Below are positions 19,006-28,833 of a stretch of 64,000 bases of DNA, in pieces. A program made the position numbers and the translations under genes. Source of the DNA: Candidatus Babelota bacterium. Lineage in GTDB: Bacteria > Babelota > Babeliae > Babelales > CAIQNR01. Within the stretch, counting starts at the first letter, position 1; the number at the start of each line of letters is the position of its first letter. Under the pieces are notes generated by a model. It searched no databases and had not been told where the DNA came from. It saw nothing but the letters and a program-made list of their open reading frames with translations. Location: contig CBFHTA010000002.1 in assembly GCA_965658655.1 (NCBI GenBank), forward strand, positions 64,001 to 128,000. The letters run 5' to 3'.

Positions 19006-20364
19006 ATGAAGTGTCGCTTTTTCGGGTTATTCTTGTTGGTGTCTATGCAAGTTAATGCTGTAACTGTATTCAGTGATACAAACCCGCCTGGGAAATGGAC
19101 ACACGAAGAGGTTGCTGCCGGAAGTCTTGATAGTAGTTTTAGTTCCGATGGCAAGGTAACCACTGCTATTGGTAGTGGTAATGATAGTATTTGGGGAGTT
19201 GCTATTCAGCCTGATGGTAAGATTGTAGTTGCCGGTGAAAGTCATAATGGTTCAAATGATGATCTTGTAGTGGCGCGTTATAACAGTGATGGGTCTCTTG
19301 ATATGAGATTTGGGGATTCTGGCCAAAAAATTACTACTTTTGGTAGTAGCGAGGATCATGGATATGGAGTCGTGATCCAACCTGATGGTAAAATTGTAGT
19401 TGCCGGTGATAGTAATAATGGTTCAAATTATGATTTTGCTGTTGTAAGGTATAACAGCGATGGTTCTCTTGATGCTACTTTTAATAGTACCGGCAAAGTT
19501 ACCACTGCTATTGGAAGTGGTCACGACATTGGACGGTCAATCGCTCTTCAGCCTGATGGTAAGATTGTAGTTGCTGGTTATAGTCATAATGGTTCTGATT
19601 ATGATTTTGCCGTTGTACGGTATAACAGCGATGGTTCTCTTGATACTACTTTTAATAGTACTGGTAAAGTAACCACTGATATTAGTGGCGCTACAGAATT
19701 TGGATATGGAGTTGTGATTCAACCCGACGGTAAGATTGTAGTTGCTGGTGCGAGTTACAATGGTTCTGATTATGATTTTGCCGTTGTGCGTTATAACAGC
19801 GATGGTTCTCTTGATACTACCTTGAATAGTACCGGTAAAGTAACCACTGCTGTTGGAGCTAGTAATGACTATGGTAGAGAGATCGCTCTTCAGCCTGATG
19901 GTAAGATTATAGTTGCTGGTTATAGTGACAATGGCTCAAATGATGTTTTTGCTGTTGTGCGTTATAACAGCGATGGTTCTCTTGATACTACTTTTAATAG
20001 CACCGGTAAAGTAACCACTGTTGTTGGGAGTAACGATAGTTTTGGTTATACAGTGTTACTTCAATCTGATGGTAAGATTATAGTTGCCGGTAGAAGTAAC
20101 AACGGTTCAGATAATGATTTTGCTGTTGTGCGTTATAACAGCGATGGTTCTCTTGATACTACTTTCGATTCTGATGGTAAAATAGCAACTGATTTTGGAA
20201 GTGGAGCAGATAGTGTTTATGCTCTTGCTCTTCAATCCGACGGTAAAATAGTCGCGTCTGGATTAGCAGATAATGGTTCAAACACTGATTTCGCATTAAC
20301 TCGATATAGTAATAATATTGCTTCGCTTAAATTAGCAAAGCGAGACATAGGCTTTGTGGCGTAA
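19006..20364 (+). CDS. Exported delta-60 repeat (DUF5122-like) beta-propeller protein
   Basis: Seven Q(P/S)DGKI(V/I) repeats, mostly followed by RYNSDGSLDxxF; signal peptide. Confidence 0.9.
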   Translation: MKCRFFGLFLLVSMQVNAVTVFSDTNPPGKWTHEEVAAGSLDSSFSSDGKVTTAIGSGNDSIWGVAIQPDGKIVVAGESHNGSNDDLVVARYNSDGSLDMRFGDSGQKITTFGSSEDHGYGVVIQPDGKIVVAGDSNNGSNYDFAVVRYNSDGSLDATFNSTGKVTTAIGSGHDIGRSIALQPDGKIVVAGYSHNGSDYDFAVVRYNSDGSLDTTFNSTGKVTTDISGATEFGYGVVIQPDGKIVVAGASYNGSDYDFAVVRYNSDGSLDTTLNSTGKVTTAVGASNDYGREIALQPDGKIIVAGYSDNGSNDVFAVVRYNSDGSLDTTFNSTGKVTTVVGSNDSFGYTVLLQSDGKIIVAGRSNNGSDNDFAVVRYNSDGSLDTTFDSDGKIATDFGSGADSVYALALQSDGKIVASGLADNGSNTDFALTRYSNNIASLKLAKRDIGFVA

Positions 20365-20454
20365 ATTTGGCATGTTTCTATCTTGACGAGACTGATAAAA
20401 ACATGTCAAAGTGAAGAACTAACCTGTCTTTTAACTAAGCGTAAGGAGAGAAAG

Positions 20455-21732
20455 ATGAAACGTTATTTTTTGGGGTTATTACTAGTGGTGTCTGCGCAAA
20501 TTAATTCTGTAGTTGTGTATAATGATGCAAATCCTCCCGGGAAATGGACCCATCAAGAGGTTACGCCTGGGGTAATAGATATTACTTTTGGTAGTAATAA
20601 TACCGGGTATGTAACTGCTGACTTGGGGATAAATGATCAAGATCATCAAATTAATGCTTTGGTTAAACAATCTGATGGTAAATTAGTAGGTGCCGGGTAT
20701 AGCAACAATTCGAGCGACAAGACACGTTGGGCCTTAGCACGTTTCAGTGAGGATGGAGTGCTTGATACTACTTTTGGTGGAAGTGATACAGGATATGTGT
20801 TTTTGAATTTCGGTGATAGCAATGTAGATCATACTCTTTATGCGTTAATTCAGCAAGCTGATGGTAAATTAGTGGCTGCAGGATTTAGCAGAAATTCAAG
20901 TGGATACAATAGATGGGCGTTGGCACGCTTTAGTAAAGATGGAGTTCTTGATACTACTTTTGGTGGGAGTGATACCGGGTATGTTTTCTTAGATTTTGGT
21001 GATAGTTCTCGTGATCATGAGATTAATGCTCTTGTAGAAACTTCTGAAGGAAAGTTAGTTGCTGGTGGTTATAGTGATAACACTGATGACGATGAACGTT
21101 GGGCCCTTGCAAGATTCAGTAAAGATGGCGTGCTCGATACCACGTTTGGTGGGAGTGACACCGGGTATGTTTTCTTAGATTTTGACACGGGAGGTCAGGA
21201 CCATGAGATTAATGCTCTTGTAGAGACTGCTGAGGGTAAGTTAGTTGCAGGTGGACATAGTGATAATGCAAGCAATAAAAAGAGTTGGGCACTCGCAAGA
21301 TTTAGTAAAGAGGGAGTGCTCGATACCACGTTTGGTGGTAACAGTACGGGTTACGTTACATTAAATTTTGGTGATGCTACAAGAGAACATACTTTGCGTG
21401 AACTGATTCTTCAGAGTGATGGAAAGTTGTTAGCTGGTGGTTATAGCGATAATACGAGTGATATGAATAGATGGGCAATTGCACGGTACAGTGAAGATGG
21501 AGTGCTTGATACTACTTTTGGTGAGAGTGGTACTGGATATGTCTTTTTGAATTTTGGTGATGATAGCAATGACCATGAAATTGATGCAATGCTTTTAGAG
21601 AGCAACGGAAAGATAGTAGTAGCGGGCGCAAGTGAACTTACCGGGAGTTATGAACGCTTTGCCTTGGCCCGTTTTAGTAATAATATTCCACCCCTTAATT
21701 TGATAGCTGCTTTTGCAGGAATGTTAGGATAG
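20455..21732 (+). CDS. Exported delta-60 repeat beta-propeller protein, paralog 2
   Basis: Six xxGK(L/I)...RWALARFSxDGVLDTTFG-type repeats; start MKRYF after AAGGAG. Confidence 0.9.
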   Translation: MKRYFLGLLLVVSAQINSVVVYNDANPPGKWTHQEVTPGVIDITFGSNNTGYVTADLGINDQDHQINALVKQSDGKLVGAGYSNNSSDKTRWALARFSEDGVLDTTFGGSDTGYVFLNFGDSNVDHTLYALIQQADGKLVAAGFSRNSSGYNRWALARFSKDGVLDTTFGGSDTGYVFLDFGDSSRDHEINALVETSEGKLVAGGYSDNTDDDERWALARFSKDGVLDTTFGGSDTGYVFLDFDTGGQDHEINALVETAEGKLVAGGHSDNASNKKSWALARFSKEGVLDTTFGGNSTGYVTLNFGDATREHTLRELILQSDGKLLAGGYSDNTSDMNRWAIARYSEDGVLDTTFGESGTGYVFLNFGDDSNDHEIDAMLLESNGKIVVAGASELTGSYERFALARFSNNIPPLNLIAAFAGMLG

Positions 21733-21762
21733 TAGTACAGCTTCATTAAAACATAGGCCTCA

Positions 21763-21912
21763 AAGATAAGGCGCATATCGACATCTACATAAGTTGATGG
21801 CGCCTTTTTGCTTCCAAGACTCTTTCATACGGTACGGTTCAGATTATAATTTTGCGTTAGAACAATATTGCTTCTTTAGAGTTGGGTACCTCCTGGGGGA
21901 ATAGTAGGATAG
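21763..21912. pseudogene. Mosaic relic: copy of flippase-gene 3' fragment fused to the C-terminus of a lost beta-propeller paralog
   Basis: 21800-21833 matches 23551-23584 at 32/34 nt; 21834-21912 encodes frameshifted GSDYNFAL/NNIASLEL/GIVG*. Confidence 0.75.
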
Positions 21913-22012
21913 CATCTTTTTTCTTTGTCTTTCTTCTATCTTGACGAAGTTGATAGAAACATGGCAGAGTGAAGAACTAACGTATCTTTTAACTAAATAT
22001 AAGGAGAGAAAG

Positions 22013-23389
22013 ATGAAACGTTATCTCATGGGGTTATTACTAGTGGTGTCTACGCAAATTAATGCTGAAACTGTGTATAGTGACAAAACTCCTCCCGGGA
22101 AATGGACCCATCAGGAGATGAAACCTACAGCTTTATTGACTTCCTTTGATGGTGGGAATGGTAAGATATCAAGTGATTTAGGGGCTAATACTGTTGTAAA
22201 GGGTATGGTAGTTGATAAAAACGGTGACATTTATGTTTGTGGTTCCCATGGATCTACAGCTCATGCTATGGTGGCTCGTTATAAAAAAACTTCTAACGGG
22301 GTTCATGCTTTAGATACTTCATTTGACGGTACTAATGGCTATGTGAAATTTGCTACCGAGGCCGCTTCAGTTGCCAATGCTATAGCTTTGGACGGAGAGA
22401 GTATTTATGTTGTTGGTAGCGGAACTGTGTCATCAGCAGGTAAATTAATAGCAAAACTTAAAAAATCAGATGGAAGCCTAGACACAACGTTTAGTACTGA
22501 TGGAATTTACCTTTCTACTGCTCTTGGAACAAGCGCAGTAGGTCATGGCATTGTAGTTGATGACAAACATGTATATGCGGTAGGTACAGACGGAACTGAT
22601 GCTACTGTTATAAAAGTTACTAAGTCAGCCGGTGTTGCAGACACTGTTTTTGATGGAGATTCTGGTACGGGCGGTAGCAATGGGGAGTTAACAGTCGATG
22701 TAAGTGGCAGTACTGACATAGCTTATGATGTTGTTGTAGATGGCACTACTCTTTACATTGTCGGTGATGGAGGAAGTGATTATTTTGTTGTTAAAATGGA
22801 TGCACCAACTGGAAAACTTCATACTGCTGCAAATGGCTTTACCGCATTTGCTACTAATGGTATTGCCTATACTTCTGGTGATTCCAATGCTGTGGCAAAA
22901 TCGGTAGTACTTGATAAGGATTTTCTTTATGTGGCAGGTAATAATGCAAGTACCTCTGCTGTTATACAAAAGTATAATAAATTAACAGGAGGATTGAAGG
23001 ATGATTTTGGTACAAGTGGTAGATGGGAAAGTGCTACTGTTGGTGCTCTTAATAGTGTAAAGCTCTTAAATAGAAAGCTTTATGTTGCGGGCGTAAAAAG
23101 TTCAAAAATGTCTGTAGCTCGATTGAATACGACAGGTACGAGTCCTTTAGATACTTCATTTTTTACTAATGGTTATGATGTAGCATTAGGAGATAACGCA
23201 ACACTTGGAGCAGTTGCTCTTGATTTTCTAAAGGAACCTCATTTACCAATTATACTTGCAGGTTATGATGCTAGTAGTGGGAACTTTATTGAATTAACTG
23301 TTTATGAAAACGATGTTGATATTCTTAGTGCTGCTCGCGTTGCAGGTCTTTCTGCTGGGCATCTTTCTGGTGGGCTCACCCATAGTTAG
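22013..23389 (+). CDS. Exported divergent beta-propeller protein, paralog 3
   Basis: Same leader (PPGKWTHQE); degenerate LDTSF/LDTTF and YVxG blades. Confidence 0.85.
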   Translation: MKRYLMGLLLVVSTQINAETVYSDKTPPGKWTHQEMKPTALLTSFDGGNGKISSDLGANTVVKGMVVDKNGDIYVCGSHGSTAHAMVARYKKTSNGVHALDTSFDGTNGYVKFATEAASVANAIALDGESIYVVGSGTVSSAGKLIAKLKKSDGSLDTTFSTDGIYLSTALGTSAVGHGIVVDDKHVYAVGTDGTDATVIKVTKSAGVADTVFDGDSGTGGSNGELTVDVSGSTDIAYDVVVDGTTLYIVGDGGSDYFVVKMDAPTGKLHTAANGFTAFATNGIAYTSGDSNAVAKSVVLDKDFLYVAGNNASTSAVIQKYNKLTGGLKDDFGTSGRWESATVGALNSVKLLNRKLYVAGVKSSKMSVARLNTTGTSPLDTSFFTNGYDVALGDNATLGAVALDFLKEPHLPIILAGYDASSGNFIELTVYENDVDILSAARVAGLSAGHLSGGLTHS

Positions 23390-23397
23390 ATAATGTT

Positions 23398-24648
23398 TTA
23401 ATAATTAAAAAAAGCCATTAAGGTTGCGCTTAAAAGCCTCAGCGCCTGCACCATAACCACCCACTGTAAAAGAGATACAGCCTGAGGCCACGCAATCAAG
23501 CAACCGAGACCTAAGATATAAGGCGCATACGACAACCATAGAAGTCGATAGCGCCTTTTTACTTCCAAGACTCTTTCATATGGTGACAACAACACCTCAA
23601 ACATATATCCGAGTGCAACAATAAAAAATAACACTAACATTTCTTGTGTAAGTACCTGAGTCTTAACAAAGAAAACACCAATGGTTAAAAACGTTAACGG
23701 AATAATAAGCGCAATAACAGTTTTGAAAAGTCTTATGAATGCTTTTTCATATACTGTTTGTGTGTTGTTTAAAACAAGTGCGTAAGACAATAATGCTGTG
23801 TCTGATGAACCCAAAATTCTAATAGCAATACGTTGAAAAAAAAGTGCTCCATCGTGTACTACTTTAAAGAGGTTGGCAGGAATTGCTCCAAAAGCATTTG
23901 TTAAAAACGGAAATAAAAAGTTTCTTTCTGATAAAGATTTAATACAAGTTGCAGACCACATCATAAACGAATGTTCTAGAAAGGCTTTTGTGAGGCTTCT
24001 TAAAGAAGGAGCTATTTTTTTACTGTATGTTATTGTTTCTAAAAGATTTGGCAATAACGCTATTGAACCAATCAAAACACCACCATTAGAAGCAATTTTA
24101 GTTGTTAGTAAAAAAGTTACTATTTGTGTACTTGAATGGGGGTGGGCAAGGTACCAAAAGTTACATATCATTTCTGTGAGCATGCATACGGCTTGCAACA
24201 AATTGAATTGTTTTTGCCAAAAGTGCGCATGGTAAATCGTCTTGAAAAGCTCACTGACTCCACCTATTGCAAAGAGTGTAAGCGCGTAAGAAATAAATGT
24301 TTTTTGTGTAACAAAGTGCGAAAAAACATACCATATAATGGGTAATCCAATCAACAGGACAATTGATTGAAGTGTTAACACAAGAGCAATAAATTGTTTA
24401 TGTGTTTGTTGATGTTGCGCAAACTCCGGACAGTAGCGAGGAATCGACTTTCTAAAACCACAATCTAACCAGAGTAAAATAAGGAAAACAATACTATTTA
24501 TTGTGGCCCATGCTGAAAACAACTCAGGAGAAAGGGTTTTGTACAATGCGAAAGAAAGTGCAACGTAAAAAATTTTATAAGTGACATATAAAAAACTGTT
24601 CCATTGCAGAGCGTTTGAAAATTTTGAAAAAAGAATATTTTTATTCAT
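23398..24648 (-). CDS. Polytopic membrane protein, MATE/Wzx flippase-like
   Basis: About 12 hydrophobic segments; N-terminal pattern and LDCGFRKSIPRY resemble polysaccharide exporters. Confidence 0.55.
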   Translation of the reverse strand: MNKNILFSKFSNALQWNSFLYVTYKIFYVALSFALYKTLSPELFSAWATINSIVFLILLWLDCGFRKSIPRYCPEFAQHQQTHKQFIALVLTLQSIVLLIGLPIIWYVFSHFVTQKTFISYALTLFAIGGVSELFKTIYHAHFWQKQFNLLQAVCMLTEMICNFWYLAHPHSSTQIVTFLLTTKIASNGGVLIGSIALLPNLLETITYSKKIAPSLRSLTKAFLEHSFMMWSATCIKSLSERNFLFPFLTNAFGAIPANLFKVVHDGALFFQRIAIRILGSSDTALLSYALVLNNTQTVYEKAFIRLFKTVIALIIPLTFLTIGVFFVKTQVLTQEMLVLFFIVALGYMFEVLLSPYERVLEVKRRYRLLWLSYAPYILGLGCLIAWPQAVSLLQWVVMVQALRLLSATLMAFFNY

Positions 24649-24706
24649 AATCCCTTGACCAATCTACTTAAGAAGGGTGAAAACTTTGCTTAGAATCGAT
24701 TCTCGT

Positions 24707-26086
24707 TTAAGGCTTTGAATAACCCCTACTAGAGCAATTTTTCGAGCGATTTTTGTACCAATATGATAAAAATGGAACTTGTTTTGGGGAAAAAATTAAA
24801 AGAGAAAGCCCAATAAGTAGTAAAACTCTTACACTAAAAATAAGAATAATAAGTACAAAAAAATTTAAATCTTGCAAACAAGAAAACAGAATGGCAGCAA
24901 CTAGAGAGGTTATTGCGTTGCATGCGAACAAGAAACTATTTTTGTTTTGGGCTGTAAAAAATTTTTCATACAACGTAAACAAGTGTTCAAGCAAATGCAC
25001 TATAAAGAAGAAACACATATAAAAAATTGCAGTTAAAGAAAGGGTGCTATGGTTTGCGGTATTGTAGAGAACCAGTCCAAAAAGTCCTGCCATAGATACT
25101 ATGAAGAAAAGTTTTACAGACAAACGAAACGCATCTTTTTGTTTTTCTTCGCCTAGGGTAGTTGTATCAGATAAAAAAGCAGCAGTTGGACTACAAATTT
25201 TATGTAAAAAATAAGTGAGTGTGTACGTTATGTTTTTTGCAAGCGTTGCAATACCTGCTTGAGTAAATCCAACCCAACCAACAAAAAGTGGAATGAGTAA
25301 ATTGCTAGAAAAAAGTGAGCGATTTATTTGATTTGCAAATGCAGAGAGTTGCGTCAAAAACAAGGAAGGCAATGTGTTGTTGTTGGTAGTATTGGGAAGT
25401 TCTTGATAATGCTTTTGGAAAAGGAATATAAAATATACTAGTGATGGAATACTTGATAAAAGAAAGGGAGTAATGATCAAAAAGAGTGAAGGCTTAACTC
25501 CAAAAAACACAGCAGTCCAAAATGCAACCATATAAGTACAGATGTTTGCAACCTCAATAGCAGCAGTTTGTTTATTGTAAAAAAGTAGTTGTAAAATTCT
25601 ACGCAATAATTTTCTGGCAGCTTCACATGCAATGAAGGTTCCCACAAAGAAACATTCGATTGGCGACAAATAATTAAGAGCGGGTATCATTTGCCACTTA
25701 ATTGTAATCAGTAACAGAAGGGGTGTTGAAAGCATCAGTACGCATTGAGGTAGCAAATAGCTTCGAATAAGTTTTCTGAATGACCATTTGTTTTTGGTCA
25801 ATTGTTTCATGTGAGGTATTAAAGCCATATCGAGTGCTCCCATTAAAAGGGGCACACATAAAAATGAGAATGAAATTAAAGATCCAAACTTACCGTATTC
25901 GTAAGTGCTGACCCATGCATAGAGGCTTACCTGATGGATAAAATAGAGGGCATGATACAGCACCGCCTCAATGGTATTCCATTTAATAGCGTGATAAAAC
26001 CTTTCCTTCGAGTTATTGAACTCGTTTGCATCGGTTTGTTTATTTTTGAGTGAGCCGTGTGCTACAGTATACGTGCTCTTCTTCAT
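24707..26086 (-). CDS. Polytopic membrane protein, MATE/Wzx flippase-like; distant paralog of its neighbour
   Basis: AIKWN vs ALQWN and YEK vs YER conserved; many TM segments. Confidence 0.55.
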   Translation of the reverse strand: MKKSTYTVAHGSLKNKQTDANEFNNSKERFYHAIKWNTIEAVLYHALYFIHQVSLYAWVSTYEYGKFGSLISFSFLCVPLLMGALDMALIPHMKQLTKNKWSFRKLIRSYLLPQCVLMLSTPLLLLITIKWQMIPALNYLSPIECFFVGTFIACEAARKLLRRILQLLFYNKQTAAIEVANICTYMVAFWTAVFFGVKPSLFLIITPFLLSSIPSLVYFIFLFQKHYQELPNTTNNNTLPSLFLTQLSAFANQINRSLFSSNLLIPLFVGWVGFTQAGIATLAKNITYTLTYFLHKICSPTAAFLSDTTTLGEEKQKDAFRLSVKLFFIVSMAGLFGLVLYNTANHSTLSLTAIFYMCFFFIVHLLEHLFTLYEKFFTAQNKNSFLFACNAITSLVAAILFSCLQDLNFFVLIILIFSVRVLLLIGLSLLIFSPKQVPFLSYWYKNRSKNCSSRGYSKP

Positions 26087-26297
26087 TTTTACCTTTCAAA
26101 ACAACATGAGGAGACCAATGAAGTATACCACACTTTTAACAGGTTTAAATCATCGGATCATTTTTGGGTTACGGCAAAATAGGCTAGAACAGGTGAAAAT
26201 AAGCGGGTGAAAAAAATATAAATCATGATATACTCTTATACAGCATGAATGAGCTTTTCCTATTGATGAGAGTATCTTTGGGAAGGGGAATTTTAAC

Positions 26298-26831
26298 ATG
26301 GCATTTTCTCTTAACGATAAGGTTGTTTACCCAGGTCACGGTGTGGCGTCTATTTGTAAAGTGTTCTCTCGAAATGTAGCAACTCAACAAATAATTTTTT
26401 TTGAGCTACAGTTTCAAAACAAAGATATGACGATTATGGTGCCTTCGGATAAGCTTGAAGAGGTTGGGGTTCGCCCACTCAGCTCAGTTAGCAAAATTAA
26501 TACAATGTTAGCAACGCTCGCTGAGCCGGCTAAGCGAGAAAAAACCTTTGAGCCAACCGCTACTAACTGGAATCGACGAAAAAAAGAATATCAAAATAAG
26601 CTCCGTACTGGATCTTTAGAAGATATCTCAGAAATCTATCGCGACCTTAAACATATTTCTCGCTTTAAAGAGCTTTCTTTTGGTGAAAAAAACCTGCTCT
26701 TGAAAACTGAAGCGTTACTTGTTGAAGAAATATCTGCGGCTAATAAAGTAGACGAAGACAAAGCTGTTGAGCGCTTACGCGCTTTATTTATGAGAAGGGT
26801 GGGACAGAATATTTCTACACAAGAGCTTTAA
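26298..26831 (+). CDS. carD: CarD-family RNA polymerase-binding regulator
   Basis: FSLNDKVVYPGHGV, NWNRR, LSFGEK. Confidence 0.93.
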   Translation: MAFSLNDKVVYPGHGVASICKVFSRNVATQQIIFFELQFQNKDMTIMVPSDKLEEVGVRPLSSVSKINTMLATLAEPAKREKTFEPTATNWNRRKKEYQNKLRTGSLEDISEIYRDLKHISRFKELSFGEKNLLLKTEALLVEEISAANKVDEDKAVERLRALFMRRVGQNISTQEL

Positions 26832-26885
26832 TATAAAAAAGTTTGCCGACTTCTTTTCTTTGCTGACTGTGTTATTATTACCTAC

Positions 26886-27815
26886 ATGAAAAATAAACTT
26901 ATAATTATCTACGGACCTACAGGGGTCGGAAAAACAGATTATGCACTGAGTCTGGGGAAAAGCCTGAATATCGAAATCATCAATGGTGATGTGGGTCAAT
27001 TCTATGAACCGCTGGCAATTGGAACTGCCAAGCCGGATTGGAAGAAAGAACCTATTCCTCATCATTTATTCGACGTTCTTGAAAAGCCAGAAGATTGTAC
27101 TGTGGTTAATTACCGATCTCTTGTCTTAGAAAAGGTCAAAGAGGTTTGGAGTCGTGGGGCATTTCCCGTTATAGTTGGTGGGTCAGGTTTTTATATTAAG
27201 TCGCTCTTCTTTACCCCTAAGGGTGAGCCTTGTGGTCAACAGGAAGCCTTAAGTGAAAAAACAGAAGAGCTTTGGCAGATTCTAAAAAAAAGAGATCCAA
27301 AGCGAGCTGCAGAAATTTATCAACAGGATCGCTATCGTATTGAGCGGGCGCTTGCGCTTCTTAATAAAGGGGCTACGCCGTCTGAGTGTGTTCCTGAGTA
27401 TGAATCGATAAAGGCCGATGTTTTGCTGTGTTTTTTAAATCGACCACGAACCGAACTTTATGATCGAATTAATCAGCGAACACATATAATGTTTGAACAG
27501 GGGTGGCTTGCTGAAATTGAACCTTTGATGAATACCGACTGGAAAGAATTTTTGGTTCGTAAAAAACTTATTGGTTATAACGATATTATTACTTTTCTAC
27601 AAGGTGATCGGACCGATCAAGAAAGAGAGTTTTTGTATACTTCTATCCAGAAAAAGACACGTAATTATGCGAAGCGCCAATTGACGTTTTGGCGTATGCT
27701 TGAAAAACTAATGAATCAGTATTTCGAGCAACCATCAAAAGCAATTGAGGTTGATGTTGCTCAAGTTACTCCAGAAAAGTTTAAAGAAAGTGTAGAGCGT
27801 TTTATTAAAGGATGA
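26886..27815 (+). CDS. miaA: tRNA dimethylallyltransferase
   Basis: GPTGVGKT, IGTAKP, VGGSGFY, TRNYAKRQLTF. Confidence 0.95.
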   Translation: MKNKLIIIYGPTGVGKTDYALSLGKSLNIEIINGDVGQFYEPLAIGTAKPDWKKEPIPHHLFDVLEKPEDCTVVNYRSLVLEKVKEVWSRGAFPVIVGGSGFYIKSLFFTPKGEPCGQQEALSEKTEELWQILKKRDPKRAAEIYQQDRYRIERALALLNKGATPSECVPEYESIKADVLLCFLNRPRTELYDRINQRTHIMFEQGWLAEIEPLMNTDWKEFLVRKKLIGYNDIITFLQGDRTDQEREFLYTSIQKKTRNYAKRQLTFWRMLEKLMNQYFEQPSKAIEVDVAQVTPEKFKESVERFIKG

Positions 27816-28525
27816 CGGTAATGAAGATCTGGGAAAAAATAAGAGATTTTACTGCTACTGCAACCACTCTGCGAGAAGACGAGACAGGGCTCTTTGTGCC
27901 TAATAGGCAAGTGAGTTGGTTGCTTTCGTTTGTATTACTGTTTGGTTTTTTAACTTTTATAACGGGTTATTTCTGGGGTCAAAGAAAAGCAATTGAACGG
28001 TTTGTAAATAAAGTAGAAGAAGAATCGTTTGCAGACAGAATTAGTTATTCACTTTATACCATGAACGACAGAGAAGTGAGTGAATTCGAAGCTCCAGATA
28101 GTGAAAATGGTCTAGGTGAATCCGAAAAAATTAACGAAGAAGGAACTGCGCAGCCATCAGTTGTTGTTGCACAAGCAGAAGTTTTACCTTCACAACAAGA
28201 ACCACCACAAACTATTCATAAACCTAATCCCACAACTGTTATGGATGAAGTTAACGAAAAACCAAAGCAGATATTTGTTGCTCCATTGGCTGGGTTTGGT
28301 ACACTACATGCTGCAAGTAGTTTTGCTCGTCGTGTGCGAAAGTTTGACTCTGATGTAAAAGTTAAAACTCGCATAAGTTCGACTCCAAAGGGTAAAAAGG
28401 TTGCATGGTATCAAGCTGTAACAGGAGAATTTGATGATCGTGAAGAACTCGAACGTATTCTCGGAAGAATAAAAACAGCTGAACATATTAAAGATATAAA
28501 GATTATTAAAAGAAGAAAGGTTTGA
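27812..28525 (+). CDS. Membrane-anchored SPOR-like (FtsN-like) protein
   Basis: N-terminal TM (FITGYFWG), low-complexity linker, C-terminal LAGFGT...WYQAVTGEF. Confidence 0.6.
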   Translation: MTVMKIWEKIRDFTATATTLREDETGLFVPNRQVSWLLSFVLLFGFLTFITGYFWGQRKAIERFVNKVEEESFADRISYSLYTMNDREVSEFEAPDSENGLGESEKINEEGTAQPSVVVAQAEVLPSQQEPPQTIHKPNPTTVMDEVNEKPKQIFVAPLAGFGTLHAASSFARRVRKFDSDVKVKTRISSTPKGKKVAWYQAVTGEFDDREELERILGRIKTAEHIKDIKIIKRRKV

Positions 28526-28527
28526 GA

Positions 28528-28731
28528 GTGACAAGCACAAAGAAAGGTCAAAAAAAGCAGAATGTAATTGGTACAGGAATTTTAATAGGTGTGTTGGCGG
28601 CTCATCTTGGAGGGTTAACAGCTCCTGTTGTTTCAGCAGTAGCTAAAGCTAAATCAGCGCTGCGCAAAAAAGGTCCTAAAGCACCTTGCTGTAAATGTGC
28701 ATGCCCAGCGTGCCCCGGATCTGTTAAATAA
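28528..28731 (+). CDS. Small cationic protein with a Cys-rich tail
   Basis: GAAAGG RBS + GTG; hydrophobic Gly-rich helix; CCKCACPAC. Confidence 0.55.
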   Translation: MTSTKKGQKKQNVIGTGILIGVLAAHLGGLTAPVVSAVAKAKSALRKKGPKAPCCKCACPACPGSVK

Positions 28732-28833
28732 AATAGAAAAAATAGTTATTGGTCGTAAGCGTATTAATGAACAAGCTAAATCGGCTGAACACAGTAAAAA
28801 TATAAGAATTATTAAAAGAAAGGTTGTACGCTC

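Noticed and set aside
20383..20454. TTG-initiated N-terminal extensions of propeller genes 2 and 3 (also at 21941)
   Set aside because: The TTG is part of the TTGACG -35 box; AAGGAG RBS and signal peptides mark starts at 20455 and 22013
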